Shown here piece by piece: positions 35,486-44,477 of a stretch of DNA of 64,000 nt (positions within the stretch are counted from its first letter, which is position 1; every line of letters starts with the position of its first letter). Origin of the DNA: a virus (Duplodnaviria; Caudoviricetes); IMG/VR virus record IMGVR_UViG_3300031993_000048, positions 1 through 64,000 of that record; one strand, given 5' to 3'. Under the pieces are notes generated by a model that was not told where the DNA came from, made no database searches, and saw nothing but the letters and a program-made list of their open reading frames with translations. Made by a program: the position numbers and the translations under genes.

Positions 35486-37732
35486 ATGGCTACTTTGCCA
35501 GGTTATGACTCTGCCCGCGCCGCGCTGTCGGGCATCGAAGGTTTCAATGACGGAGCCGCCGCCATTCCCGGCCGCTCCGGCCCGTTCGCGAAGTTCCTGC
35601 TGCCCGGCATGGGCGACGAGGCTCGCTTCGGGATAGGTCCCGTGCGCAAGTCGTCCGGTTGGGTCGAGACCCAGCTCGGCCGCTACGCCGTGCAGGGAAT
35701 CCCCGCCGACCAGAAGCGCCGCTACGCCGGCCCCATCGCGGGCGCGTCGGTCGCCGAACAGCTCGAAGGCTGGACGCAGGCGCTCGACACGATCGCCGCG
35801 ACGCAGGCCAACACGATCCACGAGATCGCGACGATGCGCCTGTCGAAGTTCTGGATCAACATGATCAAGAGCGAGTCCTGGAAGCCGTTCAACGGCTGGG
35901 AGTCGAAGGTCACGATCTTCCGCGGCGGCCTCCTGCACCAGTCGGGCCTCTCCAACTGGCGCCGCATCATGCCGGTCCCCGAGCTCGGCGTCAACCATCC
36001 GTCGACCCTTCCCGGGTTCGAGACGGTCATGGGCACGACCGAGGAGCTGACGGGCGTCGGCTACGAGGCGGGCTGGGGCTCCGACTCGATCAACATCGAC
36101 CATCTGCGCAACGTGCCCAACGCGCCGCAGCAGGTCAAGCAGATCCTCGACGTCGGCGTCGACCAGGCGATCGCGCTCCGCGAGAGCTACAACCGCGAGA
36201 CGTACATCAACATGGCGTGCCTCATGCACCGCGCCTTCGTGATGTGCTGCGACTGCCAGCCCACCGAGGACGTCGGCTCGCGCGCGTTCATCTACGACCC
36301 GCACGTGGCGTGCGACGCCTTCCAGGCCGTCGTCGGCACGAACGTGCCCTCCGGCACGGTGCTCGTCGGCAAGGCCACGAACTCCGGCGTGGTGGAGAAC
36401 AACGACTGGGTCGCCCTCGTCGACGACCGCAGCGCCTTCACCAACAAGAAGGTGTTCGCGTTCCTCGACTCCACGACCCGCCTCGACTGCTACGGCCAGT
36501 ACCACGCCCAGAAGGACGTCGTCATCGACCCGTCCACGGGCATGGAGGCTCCGTTCGTGCTGATCGACGCCGGTCCCGCGGGCGAGACCCTCGAGATCGA
36601 GCCGCCGAACTTCGACATGCTCGAGCGCATGACGGACGAGTACGCGCAGCGCTGCCCCGAGGCCGCTGTCGGCCACGACGGCGACGTTCCCGTGTTCGCG
36701 ATCACGCTCAACCACAGCGACATCGACAAGCTCATCCGGGCGACGCCGATCGAGTGGGACGCGTGGCGCCGCGCCGAGCCGCAGGCGCTCATCACGCACT
36801 ACGGCATCAGCAAGGCGAAGGTCTACCGCCGCTGGGCGATCGTGAACGACACGAACCAGCTGCGCATGAAGCCGATCGCCTACATCTCGGAGTACACCTC
36901 CACGGAGGCGAAGAAGTACGGCAACGTCGGCTACCGCGACGGGGACGACACCTCGCTCCAGGGCCGCGCCGTCTACGTCTGCGTGGTCGTGAACCCGAAG
37001 ATGCTCTCGCCCACCCGCAAGGGCACGAACGGCTACTCCGTGCCGGTTCCGAACCCCGAGTACTTCACCGCGCCCCTCGCGCTGGCGAACGTCGTCATCA
37101 AGGACACGTTCATCAACCAGCTCGAAGGCCCGGCCCCGTCCATCGGCAACGGCACCGACTTCGGCCCGCAGCCTCCGTGCAACGGAACGTGGGGCTTCCT
37201 GAACATCCAGGACAAGCTCACGAACCCGTTCCGCCAGACGGGCAACTTCTACGGCCTCCTGCGCACGCACGTGAAGCCGACGAAGTACACCCAGGAGGCG
37301 GCGTGCTTCGTGTACGCCCGCGACGTCCAGGCGTTCAAGGCGTTCACGCAGGCCGAGAACCGGATCATCAACCCCGACTACACCGGCCTCTCGCAGAGCG
37401 CCGCCGTGGCCAAGGTCGAGTCCTCCGCGTTCACCGGCACGTCCGCGGTGACGACCCTCCCCGCCGGCAAGCCGATCGACCTGACGCTCGAGACCACGCC
37501 CCACCTCGCGCTCGAGCTGGGCTCGAAGGTCGAGCTGGCCAAGGACACCGGAGGCACGCTCTCGGGCAACTCCCCCGTGGTGGTGCTCGACGCGAGCCGC
37601 TGGCCGCGCGTCAAGGTGGCCCCGCTGTCGACCCTCACGCTCTCCAACGTGGGCATCGCCGACAACTACGTCACCTCCACGCACGAGTCGCACGACCTCA
37701 CCCTCACGGGCACGGTCCTCGTCGGCAAGTAG
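35486..37732 (+). CDS. Probable major capsid protein, 748 aa
   Basis: Follows portal and scaffold; own promoter and downstream hairpin; strongly biased codons; fold not confirmed. Confidence 0.65.
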   Translation: MATLPGYDSARAALSGIEGFNDGAAAIPGRSGPFAKFLLPGMGDEARFGIGPVRKSSGWVETQLGRYAVQGIPADQKRRYAGPIAGASVAEQLEGWTQALDTIAATQANTIHEIATMRLSKFWINMIKSESWKPFNGWESKVTIFRGGLLHQSGLSNWRRIMPVPELGVNHPSTLPGFETVMGTTEELTGVGYEAGWGSDSINIDHLRNVPNAPQQVKQILDVGVDQAIALRESYNRETYINMACLMHRAFVMCCDCQPTEDVGSRAFIYDPHVACDAFQAVVGTNVPSGTVLVGKATNSGVVENNDWVALVDDRSAFTNKKVFAFLDSTTRLDCYGQYHAQKDVVIDPSTGMEAPFVLIDAGPAGETLEIEPPNFDMLERMTDEYAQRCPEAAVGHDGDVPVFAITLNHSDIDKLIRATPIEWDAWRRAEPQALITHYGISKAKVYRRWAIVNDTNQLRMKPIAYISEYTSTEAKKYGNVGYRDGDDTSLQGRAVYVCVVVNPKMLSPTRKGTNGYSVPVPNPEYFTAPLALANVVIKDTFINQLEGPAPSIGNGTDFGPQPPCNGTWGFLNIQDKLTNPFRQTGNFYGLLRTHVKPTKYTQEAACFVYARDVQAFKAFTQAENRIINPDYTGLSQSAAVAKVESSAFTGTSAVTTLPAGKPIDLTLETTPHLALELGSKVELAKDTGGTLSGNSPVVVLDASRWPRVKVAPLSTLTLSNVGIADNYVTSTHESHDLTLTGTVLVGK

Positions 37733-37740
37733 CCGACGAA

Positions 37741-37774
37741 GGCTCCGCCGGGCGCTTTCTCCCCCGGCGGAGCC
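37741..37774 (+). terminator. Hairpin or terminator after the capsid gene
   Basis: GGCTCCGCCGGG/CCCGGCGGAGCC 12-bp stem; weak U-tract. Confidence 0.55.
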
Positions 37775-37807
37775 GACTCTCTTCAACCGGACACGGGAAC
37801 CGACGGC

Positions 37808-38773
37808 ATGAAGTACACTTTCGGAAAGGCCAAGCAGCTGCTTGCGAGGTCGTGCCACTCGAAGGCCGAGGACATAGGCGAGAAGATCAACATCGCCGTC
37901 CGCGCCCTCTGCGACACGAACCCCTTCGAGCACGAGTTTCTCCGGCAGGTGGTGCGCATGACGTCCGCGACTCCCGTGTTCAGCCTCCCCCAGGGGGCGA
38001 CGGGGCTGGTGCGCGTCTGCGTCAACGGACGCCCGACGACGCTGCACGGCCCCGATTTCCAGTTTCTCTCGTCCGGCCCCGGCGACCTCGACATGGTGCC
38101 CGGCGGCTACGAGAGGTTCGGCGGCGACGTGGCCGACCTCGGCACCTCGCCCGTGTGGATGCAGCCGTCCGGCTTCGGGTGGCTCGCTGCCACCTACAAG
38201 GGTTCGGCGCTCCAGCCTCCGATCACCGTCCACGCGACGGGGATGGACGGCGACCGGGTCACGTTCAAGCTGATGCCGAAGGCGGAGTCCGCTCCGCTCG
38301 AATACGACAAGGCGCACCCCGTGCGCACGATAGACAGCGTCGTCCTCGACCCGTCTACCGACAACTACATTTCGCTGTACATGACCGAGGTGCTGCCCGC
38401 GAGGAGCGAGTGCCTCGTCGCCCGGTACCATCCGGGCTTCCACGTCCCCGAGTTCAGGCGGTACAGGCTTCCGTGCCTTCCGCATCCGGGGCCGTACGAG
38501 ATCCTCGCGGAAATACAGTTCGAGCCTCCCGACCTCATCGACGACGAGGACGTGATACCGTTCCCGTCCCTCGAGCCGATCAAGTCGATGATCCTCTACG
38601 AATACTCGAACCAGAACCTCGAGGGCACCGCCGCGGAGGCGTACCTGAAGCAGGCGCAGGAGTGGCTCGCGAGGGCCAACCAGCGCAACCGCCTCCAGCA
38701 GGGCCCTGTCACCCTGAACGTGCCGTACGAAGGCTCCGTTGGCCAGCTGTGCGACGCGCTCGACAACCTGTAA
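37808..38773 (+). CDS. Putative head-tail adaptor or tail tubular protein, 321 aa
   Basis: Post-capsid position in podoviral order; helical N- and C-termini around a beta core. Confidence 0.5.
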   Translation: MKYTFGKAKQLLARSCHSKAEDIGEKINIAVRALCDTNPFEHEFLRQVVRMTSATPVFSLPQGATGLVRVCVNGRPTTLHGPDFQFLSSGPGDLDMVPGGYERFGGDVADLGTSPVWMQPSGFGWLAATYKGSALQPPITVHATGMDGDRVTFKLMPKAESAPLEYDKAHPVRTIDSVVLDPSTDNYISLYMTEVLPARSECLVARYHPGFHVPEFRRYRLPCLPHPGPYEILAEIQFEPPDLIDDEDVIPFPSLEPIKSMILYEYSNQNLEGTAAEAYLKQAQEWLARANQRNRLQQGPVTLNVPYEGSVGQLCDALDNL

Positions 38774-38783
38774 GGAGGCAAGC

Positions 38784-40859
38784 GTGGCGAACGGAACAGT
38801 CCAGAAGGGCACCGACAACGTCGAGGACCGCACGGAAGACAGGACGCGGAAGGCCCAGCCTCCCCGTCCGCCCGAGCACCGCTCGATGACCGTGACGGTG
38901 CAGGCGGGCGACGGCGTGGTCGGGGGAGACTCCTCCGCCACCGCGACCCGCGGCTACGGGAACGGCTGGACGACCCGCGGCATGAACGTCACCGAGGCCC
39001 GGCAGCGCAGGGAGGCGGCGGACAAGGCCGCCCGCGACGCCGCGTACAGGGCGGACAAGGCAGCCCGCGACGCCCATCGCGCGGATCTCGAGAGGAACGC
39101 CTACCGCATGAACGCGGCCACCCAGCGCCGCGACGCCCGCGAGGCCCGTGCCCGCGAGGAGGCCAGGAGGGCGGAGCGCGCGAAGACGACGATCGACGCG
39201 GCGGAGTGGGAGAAGGCCGGGCAGAGGAACGGCCAGCTCCGCACGGAGGAGGTGAAGAACGCCGACGGCTCCCTCGTCATGGGGGCCGACAAGAAGCCCG
39301 TCGTGAAGACCTTCCGCAACGAGGGCTCGATGTTCGACCCGACGAAGAACGCAGACGCGGTCGCCGCCGTCGAGAAGTGGTGGCAGGATTCCGGCGGACA
39401 GTTCACGACGGGCCACGGAGTGCCGCAGGGCACGTTCGACAAGAACGGGAAGCTCCAGGCGGCGAACCTCACGTCCGACCAGTTCGCCCAGCTCCAGCGT
39501 CTCCAGGGCGCGTTCGACGAGAAGATGGCCCCGATCCGCCAGGCGCAGGCGATGCGCGACGCGCAGAGCTACCTCAAGGCCTCGGAGCTTGTCCAGCAGA
39601 ACGGCGTGCAGGTGTGGGACACGAGGACGGGCGAACGCCGGCTGTCCAGGGACCAGGTGATGGAAGCCGCGCGCCGCATACAGACGCAGTCCGCGTACGG
39701 GGCGCTGGCCAACCTCGACAACGCCGCGTCTCGCGCCGAAGGCGGACGGTACTACGGCGAGGGCGGCATGGACCGGATGCTCGCCGACGAGCAGACGGTG
39801 ATTTCGCGCATGCGCGATCTCGGGTTCAAGGCGAACGAGATCACCAACGACCAGGGTCGTCTGGAGGTCCAGAGGGCTTCGGCCGCGCTTCTCTCGAGAG
39901 CGCAGCAGGGACAGGCCGGGCAGACGCCGGCCGCGGCTCCGAAGGCCACTCCCAGGCCCGCGGCCAAGCCGGCCGCGGCACAGCCGGCGGTGCCTGCGGC
40001 GCAACCGGCGGTGCCTGCGGCGCAACCCGCGCCCGCCCCGAAGCCGACCGCGGTGCCGAAGGCCGCGCCGAAGGCGGAAGTCAAGCCGGAAGTGAAGGCC
40101 GAGGTCAAGTCGGCCGTAGCCACGGCGGAGCCTGCCCAGCCTTCCGCGGAGCCTGCGGCAGACCGCATACCGGACGAAACGACGGCGGCGGCGCTCCGCG
40201 AGGCGTTCGGGCTTTCGGCGGAATCGCCGGTACCTACGATGTCCGATCTCGTCAGCGGAAAGACGACCGCGCTCCCACCGTTGAAGTCGACCAAGACGAG
40301 CGCGGAGCCAAGTGCGCCGGGATTCCTGGACCGCGTGATGGCGCGGGCGAAGGAAGCGTGGAACGCGTCCGGCCAGTCCAAGCCCGCGATGGGCATCGGC
40401 ATGCCAGGCATGCTGCCGGTGACGGCGGCGGAACGTGCGAGCCCCGCAGGACGGAAGGCCGAAAGGGACGCGGTTCTCGCGTCGTTGTCGATGGTAGGAA
40501 CAGGTGGAGCCAGCGCAGGAATCAGGATCGGGACGCAAGCTCTCGGCCGGGCGATCGGCCGCAAGGCGACCGGCACGGCGACACGCGCCGTCGCCCGTGC
40601 GCTCTCGAACCCCGCCGTGCGCGGGGCCGCCAAGGAGACCGTCAAGTTCGACGCGCTCACCCCTGCGCAGCAGACCTTGACTCTCGCAAAGAAGTCGATG
40701 ATGACTCCGGCGCAGAAGAAGGCTGCTGACCTCGCGTTCAAGCGCACCCTCGACAGGCAGTACAGGGCGGCAATCGAAGCGACCAAGACGTCCGCCGAAA
40801 AGACCCTCGATGCTGTCGGCAAATTCAGGAAGAGGGTCAAGGGAGGGCTCTTCAGATGA
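38784..40859 (+). CDS. Putative internal virion (ejection) protein, 691 aa, with AQPA repeats
   Basis: GTG start after GGAGG; Ala-rich helical composition; position. Confidence 0.55.
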   Translation: MANGTVQKGTDNVEDRTEDRTRKAQPPRPPEHRSMTVTVQAGDGVVGGDSSATATRGYGNGWTTRGMNVTEARQRREAADKAARDAAYRADKAARDAHRADLERNAYRMNAATQRRDAREARAREEARRAERAKTTIDAAEWEKAGQRNGQLRTEEVKNADGSLVMGADKKPVVKTFRNEGSMFDPTKNADAVAAVEKWWQDSGGQFTTGHGVPQGTFDKNGKLQAANLTSDQFAQLQRLQGAFDEKMAPIRQAQAMRDAQSYLKASELVQQNGVQVWDTRTGERRLSRDQVMEAARRIQTQSAYGALANLDNAASRAEGGRYYGEGGMDRMLADEQTVISRMRDLGFKANEITNDQGRLEVQRASAALLSRAQQGQAGQTPAAAPKATPRPAAKPAAAQPAVPAAQPAVPAAQPAPAPKPTAVPKAAPKAEVKPEVKAEVKSAVATAEPAQPSAEPAADRIPDETTAAALREAFGLSAESPVPTMSDLVSGKTTALPPLKSTKTSAEPSAPGFLDRVMARAKEAWNASGQSKPAMGIGMPGMLPVTAAERASPAGRKAERDAVLASLSMVGTGGASAGIRIGTQALGRAIGRKATGTATRAVARALSNPAVRGAAKETVKFDALTPAQQTLTLAKKSMMTPAQKKAADLAFKRTLDRQYRAAIEATKTSAEKTLDAVGKFRKRVKGGLFR

Positions 40860-41362
40860 ACGGAGATTGGCCCTTCTACCCTCTCGTGAGGTCGGGCGAG
40901 CTCTTCACGGAGCACGGCGACGACTTCAGGACGCGGTACTTCGACGGAGTGGCCTCGGCCCCCGCCGGGTTCGTCGCGCCCGAGCACGTGTTCGGCACGA
41001 ACGGCTGGCGCAGGAAGCTCGAGGAGACCGGCGCCGATCCCGTCGCCGCGTTCGAGGCGTTCAGCCAGGAATGGGACGCGCTGCCGTACCAGGCCCGCAG
41101 GGACCTCGTCGTCGGCAACGCGGTCGCCAGGTTCTACGCCCCCGGCGTCGCCAAGAGCGTCGCGGACGCGGGGCTCCGGGCGAGCAGGGACGACGGCGCG
41201 GCGATCTCGACCGACCCCGACCTCGGGTTTCTCGCGCTCGGCGACCCCGTGAAGTCCAGCGAGGAGTTCCAGAAGAAGCTGCTCGGCGCTTCCGCGGAGC
41301 CGGCGCCCGATCCGCTCGCCGATCTCATGGCGGACGCGCAGGGAGAGGAGGCGCAGGCATGA
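40856..41362 (+). CDS. Hypothetical virion protein, 168 aa
   Basis: ORF track; ATGA coupling. Confidence 0.7.
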   Translation: MNGDWPFYPLVRSGELFTEHGDDFRTRYFDGVASAPAGFVAPEHVFGTNGWRRKLEETGADPVAAFEAFSQEWDALPYQARRDLVVGNAVARFYAPGVAKSVADAGLRASRDDGAAISTDPDLGFLALGDPVKSSEEFQKKLLGASAEPAPDPLADLMADAQGEEAQA

Positions 41363-43848
41363 CGAGCCCGCTCGATTCAGGAGCCTGGATGAGGCTCGAC
41401 CAGGAGCAGTTCGGCGGATTCCCTTCGGAGGACAGGCGCCCCGGCGCGTCCACGGGCTTCGGGCTGTTCGGCACCGATCCGTCCACCGGGCCGGTGCTCG
41501 ACACCCGCGGCGCGTTCAATCCCGCCTTCAACGGAGGCACGGAGCATCCCGCGTTCGAGGCGGAGACCGACCCGTTCCGCGCCGTGCTGCCCGGCCTCGC
41601 GAAGCGCGCGAGGAAGGGCGACGCCGCGGCGGCGGCCCAGTACCAGGTGTTCTACAGGACTCTCGACTCGAAGAAGCGCCTCTACGACCTCGCGTACTCG
41701 ACCGGCCTCAACGACCGCAACGCGACGGACATCATGAACCACGTGTTCGACAGCGTCGCGCCGGAGAAGTTCGGAGGCGGCACCGACCAGTTCCGCTCCG
41801 TCTACGCCCGCTACCTCGCGTCGCAGGCGAAGCAGCGCGGCACGAACGCCCGCGACCTCTTCGCGTCCGAGCAGTCGCTCACGGACGCGTTCCGCACGTC
41901 GTTCCTCCCGTCGCTCTCCGCCGCCACGGGCATCGCGAGGGCGAGCGGGCTGAAGGACCTGTACGGCGCGAGCGACGGCATGATGGCCAACGCCGGGCTC
42001 TTCCTCAAGAAGGGCATCGCCGAGTGGGAGGCGAAGAACGGCCTGCGCGACGACGCGACCAGGGTCGCTCTGATGTCCCGGGCCGCCGAATACTACGCGA
42101 AGTGCCTGTCGAACCCGGGGCTTCGCGCCCTGGCGGGAGACGCGTACTCGATGGTCGAGGCCGCCGCAGGGGAGGTCGGAGCCGTCTCCGGCCCCCGCAA
42201 GTTCAACAAGTTCGACGACTACACCCGCGCGGTCGCGAATCTCGACCGCGGCTTCATCAGCTACACCGGCTCGTCCGACAGCGACAGGGCCGCGGGCTAC
42301 GGCCCGGGCACGGGGAACAACGACGGAAGCGACGGGCGCACCGCCGCGTTCTGGGCGTTCCACGACGCCTACGAAAAGGCCTACGCCGCGAACCTCACGC
42401 AGAACGGAGGGGCGCGGAACTGGAGCGACGCCACGAGGGCGCAGCTCGAGGCCGACATCGCGGCCAACCTCGCGGACGTTTCGCCGCGCGCGGTGGCCGC
42501 CGGGAGCGTTACGAAAGACGGCCAGTCGAGCTCGGCGTGGGACAACATGATACGGTCCCTCGCCCGCGAGGCCCGCGAGATGGGCGAGAAGGAGGGCGTC
42601 GTCGACATGAACCGGCTGGCGACGCGCTACGTCAGGGACGTCAAGCTCCCGGAGCCCGCGACCGTCCCGCAGGCGCTCGGGCTGCGCGACGCCATGCAGA
42701 AGATCGCCGACGACATGGTGACGTGGGGTATCGACGAGCGGCCCGTGTTCCGCGTCGCGGGATCGCTGCGACCGCAGTACGACCCGAAGGCGATCCGCGC
42801 CCGCGTCGAAGAGCAGCTCGCCCAGCTGCTCGGCGCGCCCGGCGTGGACGCGAACTTCGCGAAGGACAACGCCGGGTTCCTGAACGACGTGACGAAGGTC
42901 ATCACGTCGTACATCGGCAACGCCAACAACGTCGCCGATTCGTGGGCCGCGGGAAGCGGCAACGTCGCCGAGTACCGGACGGGCCTGAAGGACCGCATCA
43001 ACGCCCTGTACATGGCGGAGGAGCTCCGCCGGCGCGGCGTCGACGTCAGCCCCTGGTGGGAGCCGGCCACGGCCGGCGAGGACTTCCAGGTGCGCGGCAA
43101 CACGCAGGAGAACCTGCGCGGGATCTACGGCGGGCTTTCCGAGGCGATAGGCCGCAAGCTCGGCGAGCTCGGGGAGGACACGAGCGGGATGCACGGGGCC
43201 GACCTCCACAACTGGCACTTCCTCCACAACATGAAGAAGGGCCTCGACTTCCTGCTCATGTCCGGCGGGGACTTCGGTCCCGACTCCCCGGACGGCAAGA
43301 AGGCGGAGACGTACAGGAAGCTGTTCGACGCGTGGGCCGGATCCGACATGTCGTCCGCCCGGGCCGCCGCGGACCGCGCCGTCGCGATCGACCGGGGGAA
43401 GTCCGTCACCGAGCTGTTCGCCTCGCCGCCCGGGCTCACCGACGAGGCGAAGGCCCTTTCCGTCCTGTCCGAGGACATGTTCTCCGACGTCCTGAACCCG
43501 GTCATGGCGAACAGGGCGAAGGCGTACGTGAAGACCGTTCTCGGCGGAGCGGACTACATGAACATCGGCAAGGAGGCGAGAGACCTTCTCGCGGACCGCT
43601 ACCACCTCGGCGTCATGCAGCTCATGCGCCAGGTCATGCGCTCCCGGCCGGAGATCGCCCCCACGCAGTGGGCGAGCGACGACGTGTTCTTCAAGGCGCT
43701 CGACGGCGCCGCGGCCCCGCTCTTCGCGCAGGCGAAGGCGATGTCCGCGGAGCTCGGCGCGGCGAAGCAGGCGGCGGCCTTGCAGTTCGCCGCCCAGAAG
43801 TATCGCGACGCCCTTGGCATCAAGGGCGAGTACGAGGACAACAAGTAA
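41359..43848 (+). CDS. Putative internal virion (ejection) protein, 829 aa
   Basis: GGAGG upstream of ATG 41359; Ala-rich helical composition. Confidence 0.6.
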   Translation: MTSPLDSGAWMRLDQEQFGGFPSEDRRPGASTGFGLFGTDPSTGPVLDTRGAFNPAFNGGTEHPAFEAETDPFRAVLPGLAKRARKGDAAAAAQYQVFYRTLDSKKRLYDLAYSTGLNDRNATDIMNHVFDSVAPEKFGGGTDQFRSVYARYLASQAKQRGTNARDLFASEQSLTDAFRTSFLPSLSAATGIARASGLKDLYGASDGMMANAGLFLKKGIAEWEAKNGLRDDATRVALMSRAAEYYAKCLSNPGLRALAGDAYSMVEAAAGEVGAVSGPRKFNKFDDYTRAVANLDRGFISYTGSSDSDRAAGYGPGTGNNDGSDGRTAAFWAFHDAYEKAYAANLTQNGGARNWSDATRAQLEADIAANLADVSPRAVAAGSVTKDGQSSSAWDNMIRSLAREAREMGEKEGVVDMNRLATRYVRDVKLPEPATVPQALGLRDAMQKIADDMVTWGIDERPVFRVAGSLRPQYDPKAIRARVEEQLAQLLGAPGVDANFAKDNAGFLNDVTKVITSYIGNANNVADSWAAGSGNVAEYRTGLKDRINALYMAEELRRRGVDVSPWWEPATAGEDFQVRGNTQENLRGIYGGLSEAIGRKLGELGEDTSGMHGADLHNWHFLHNMKKGLDFLLMSGGDFGPDSPDGKKAETYRKLFDAWAGSDMSSARAAADRAVAIDRGKSVTELFASPPGLTDEAKALSVLSEDMFSDVLNPVMANRAKAYVKTVLGGADYMNIGKEARDLLADRYHLGVMQLMRQVMRSRPEIAPTQWASDDVFFKALDGAAAPLFAQAKAMSAELGAAKQAAALQFAAQKYRDALGIKGEYEDNK

Positions 43849-43859
43849 AGGAGGAACAC

Positions 43860-44243
43860 ATGGACATCAGCAAGTGGATGATAGCGATCAAGCTCCTGTT
43901 CGGAGGGGTCGGCGCCGTGGCAAGCTACGTGCTCGACCTGCTGAACAAGGCCCTGGCGGCGCTTCCCGCGGGCAACCGCGTGAAGATTCAGGCCGTCCTG
44001 AACCTGGCGGAGCGCGTCCTCTCCGTGCTGACCGCGCTGAAGTGGCTCTGCCCGACGAAGTGGCAGACCGCGTACGGCAAGTCGGTCGACGCGGTGGAGA
44101 CGGTCGTCGCCGCGCTGGCGGACCTGACCATCACGGTCGACGAGATCGGGAAGGTGCGCAAGGCGTTCGCCGAGGCGGTGGCCTCGTGGAAGGGCGACGA
44201 TGACGAAACGTGCGTCGACTGCGTCGACTGCGACGTCGGTTGA
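43860..44243 (+). CDS. Amphipathic or membrane protein, 127 aa, ending CVDCVDCDVG
   Basis: AAGGAGG upstream of ATG 43860; hydrophobic N-terminus WMIAIKLLFGGVGAVASYVL. Confidence 0.75.
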   Translation: MDISKWMIAIKLLFGGVGAVASYVLDLLNKALAALPAGNRVKIQAVLNLAERVLSVLTALKWLCPTKWQTAYGKSVDAVETVVAALADLTITVDEIGKVRKAFAEAVASWKGDDDETCVDCVDCDVG

Positions 44244-44400
44244 CCCCGACGAGCTGGCGGACCGCCGGTTCATCGAGAAGTGGAAACCGCGAAAGCCCCC
44301 TCCGGGATGGTCCCCGGAGGGGTGCAACATCCGCCGCTACACGAGGGTCGTCGGACTCCGCACCGTGTACGTCGAGGTGAGGAGCGGTCTCGCCAATTAG
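44200..44400 (+). CDS. Possible small basic protein, 66 aa
   Basis: ORF track; fills the gap but overlaps the previous gene by 44 nt. Confidence 0.35.
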   Translation: MTKRASTASTATSVDPDELADRRFIEKWKPRKPPPGWSPEGCNIRRYTRVVGLRTVYVEVRSGLAN

Positions 44401-44404
44401 GGGC

Positions 44405-44433
44405 TTCCACGCCCCGGCATATTGTGGTATAAT
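44405..44433 (+). promoter_or_regulatory. Sigma70-like promoter (TTCCAC-17-TATAAT, TGTGG extended -10) for the giant gene
   Basis: Perfect extended -10 about 45 nt upstream of ATG 44478. Confidence 0.75.
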
Positions 44434-44477
44434 TGTCGGCACGCGGCGCGAGGGCGCCGCGCAAGGAGCGATGGAAG

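Noticed and set aside
21121-41000. Long minus-strand ORFs opposite the structural genes (e.g. 21121..24936, 24800..27895, 29727..32726, 35459..38941)
   Set aside because: Antisense shadows of motif-bearing plus-strand genes; no SD or recognisable domains.
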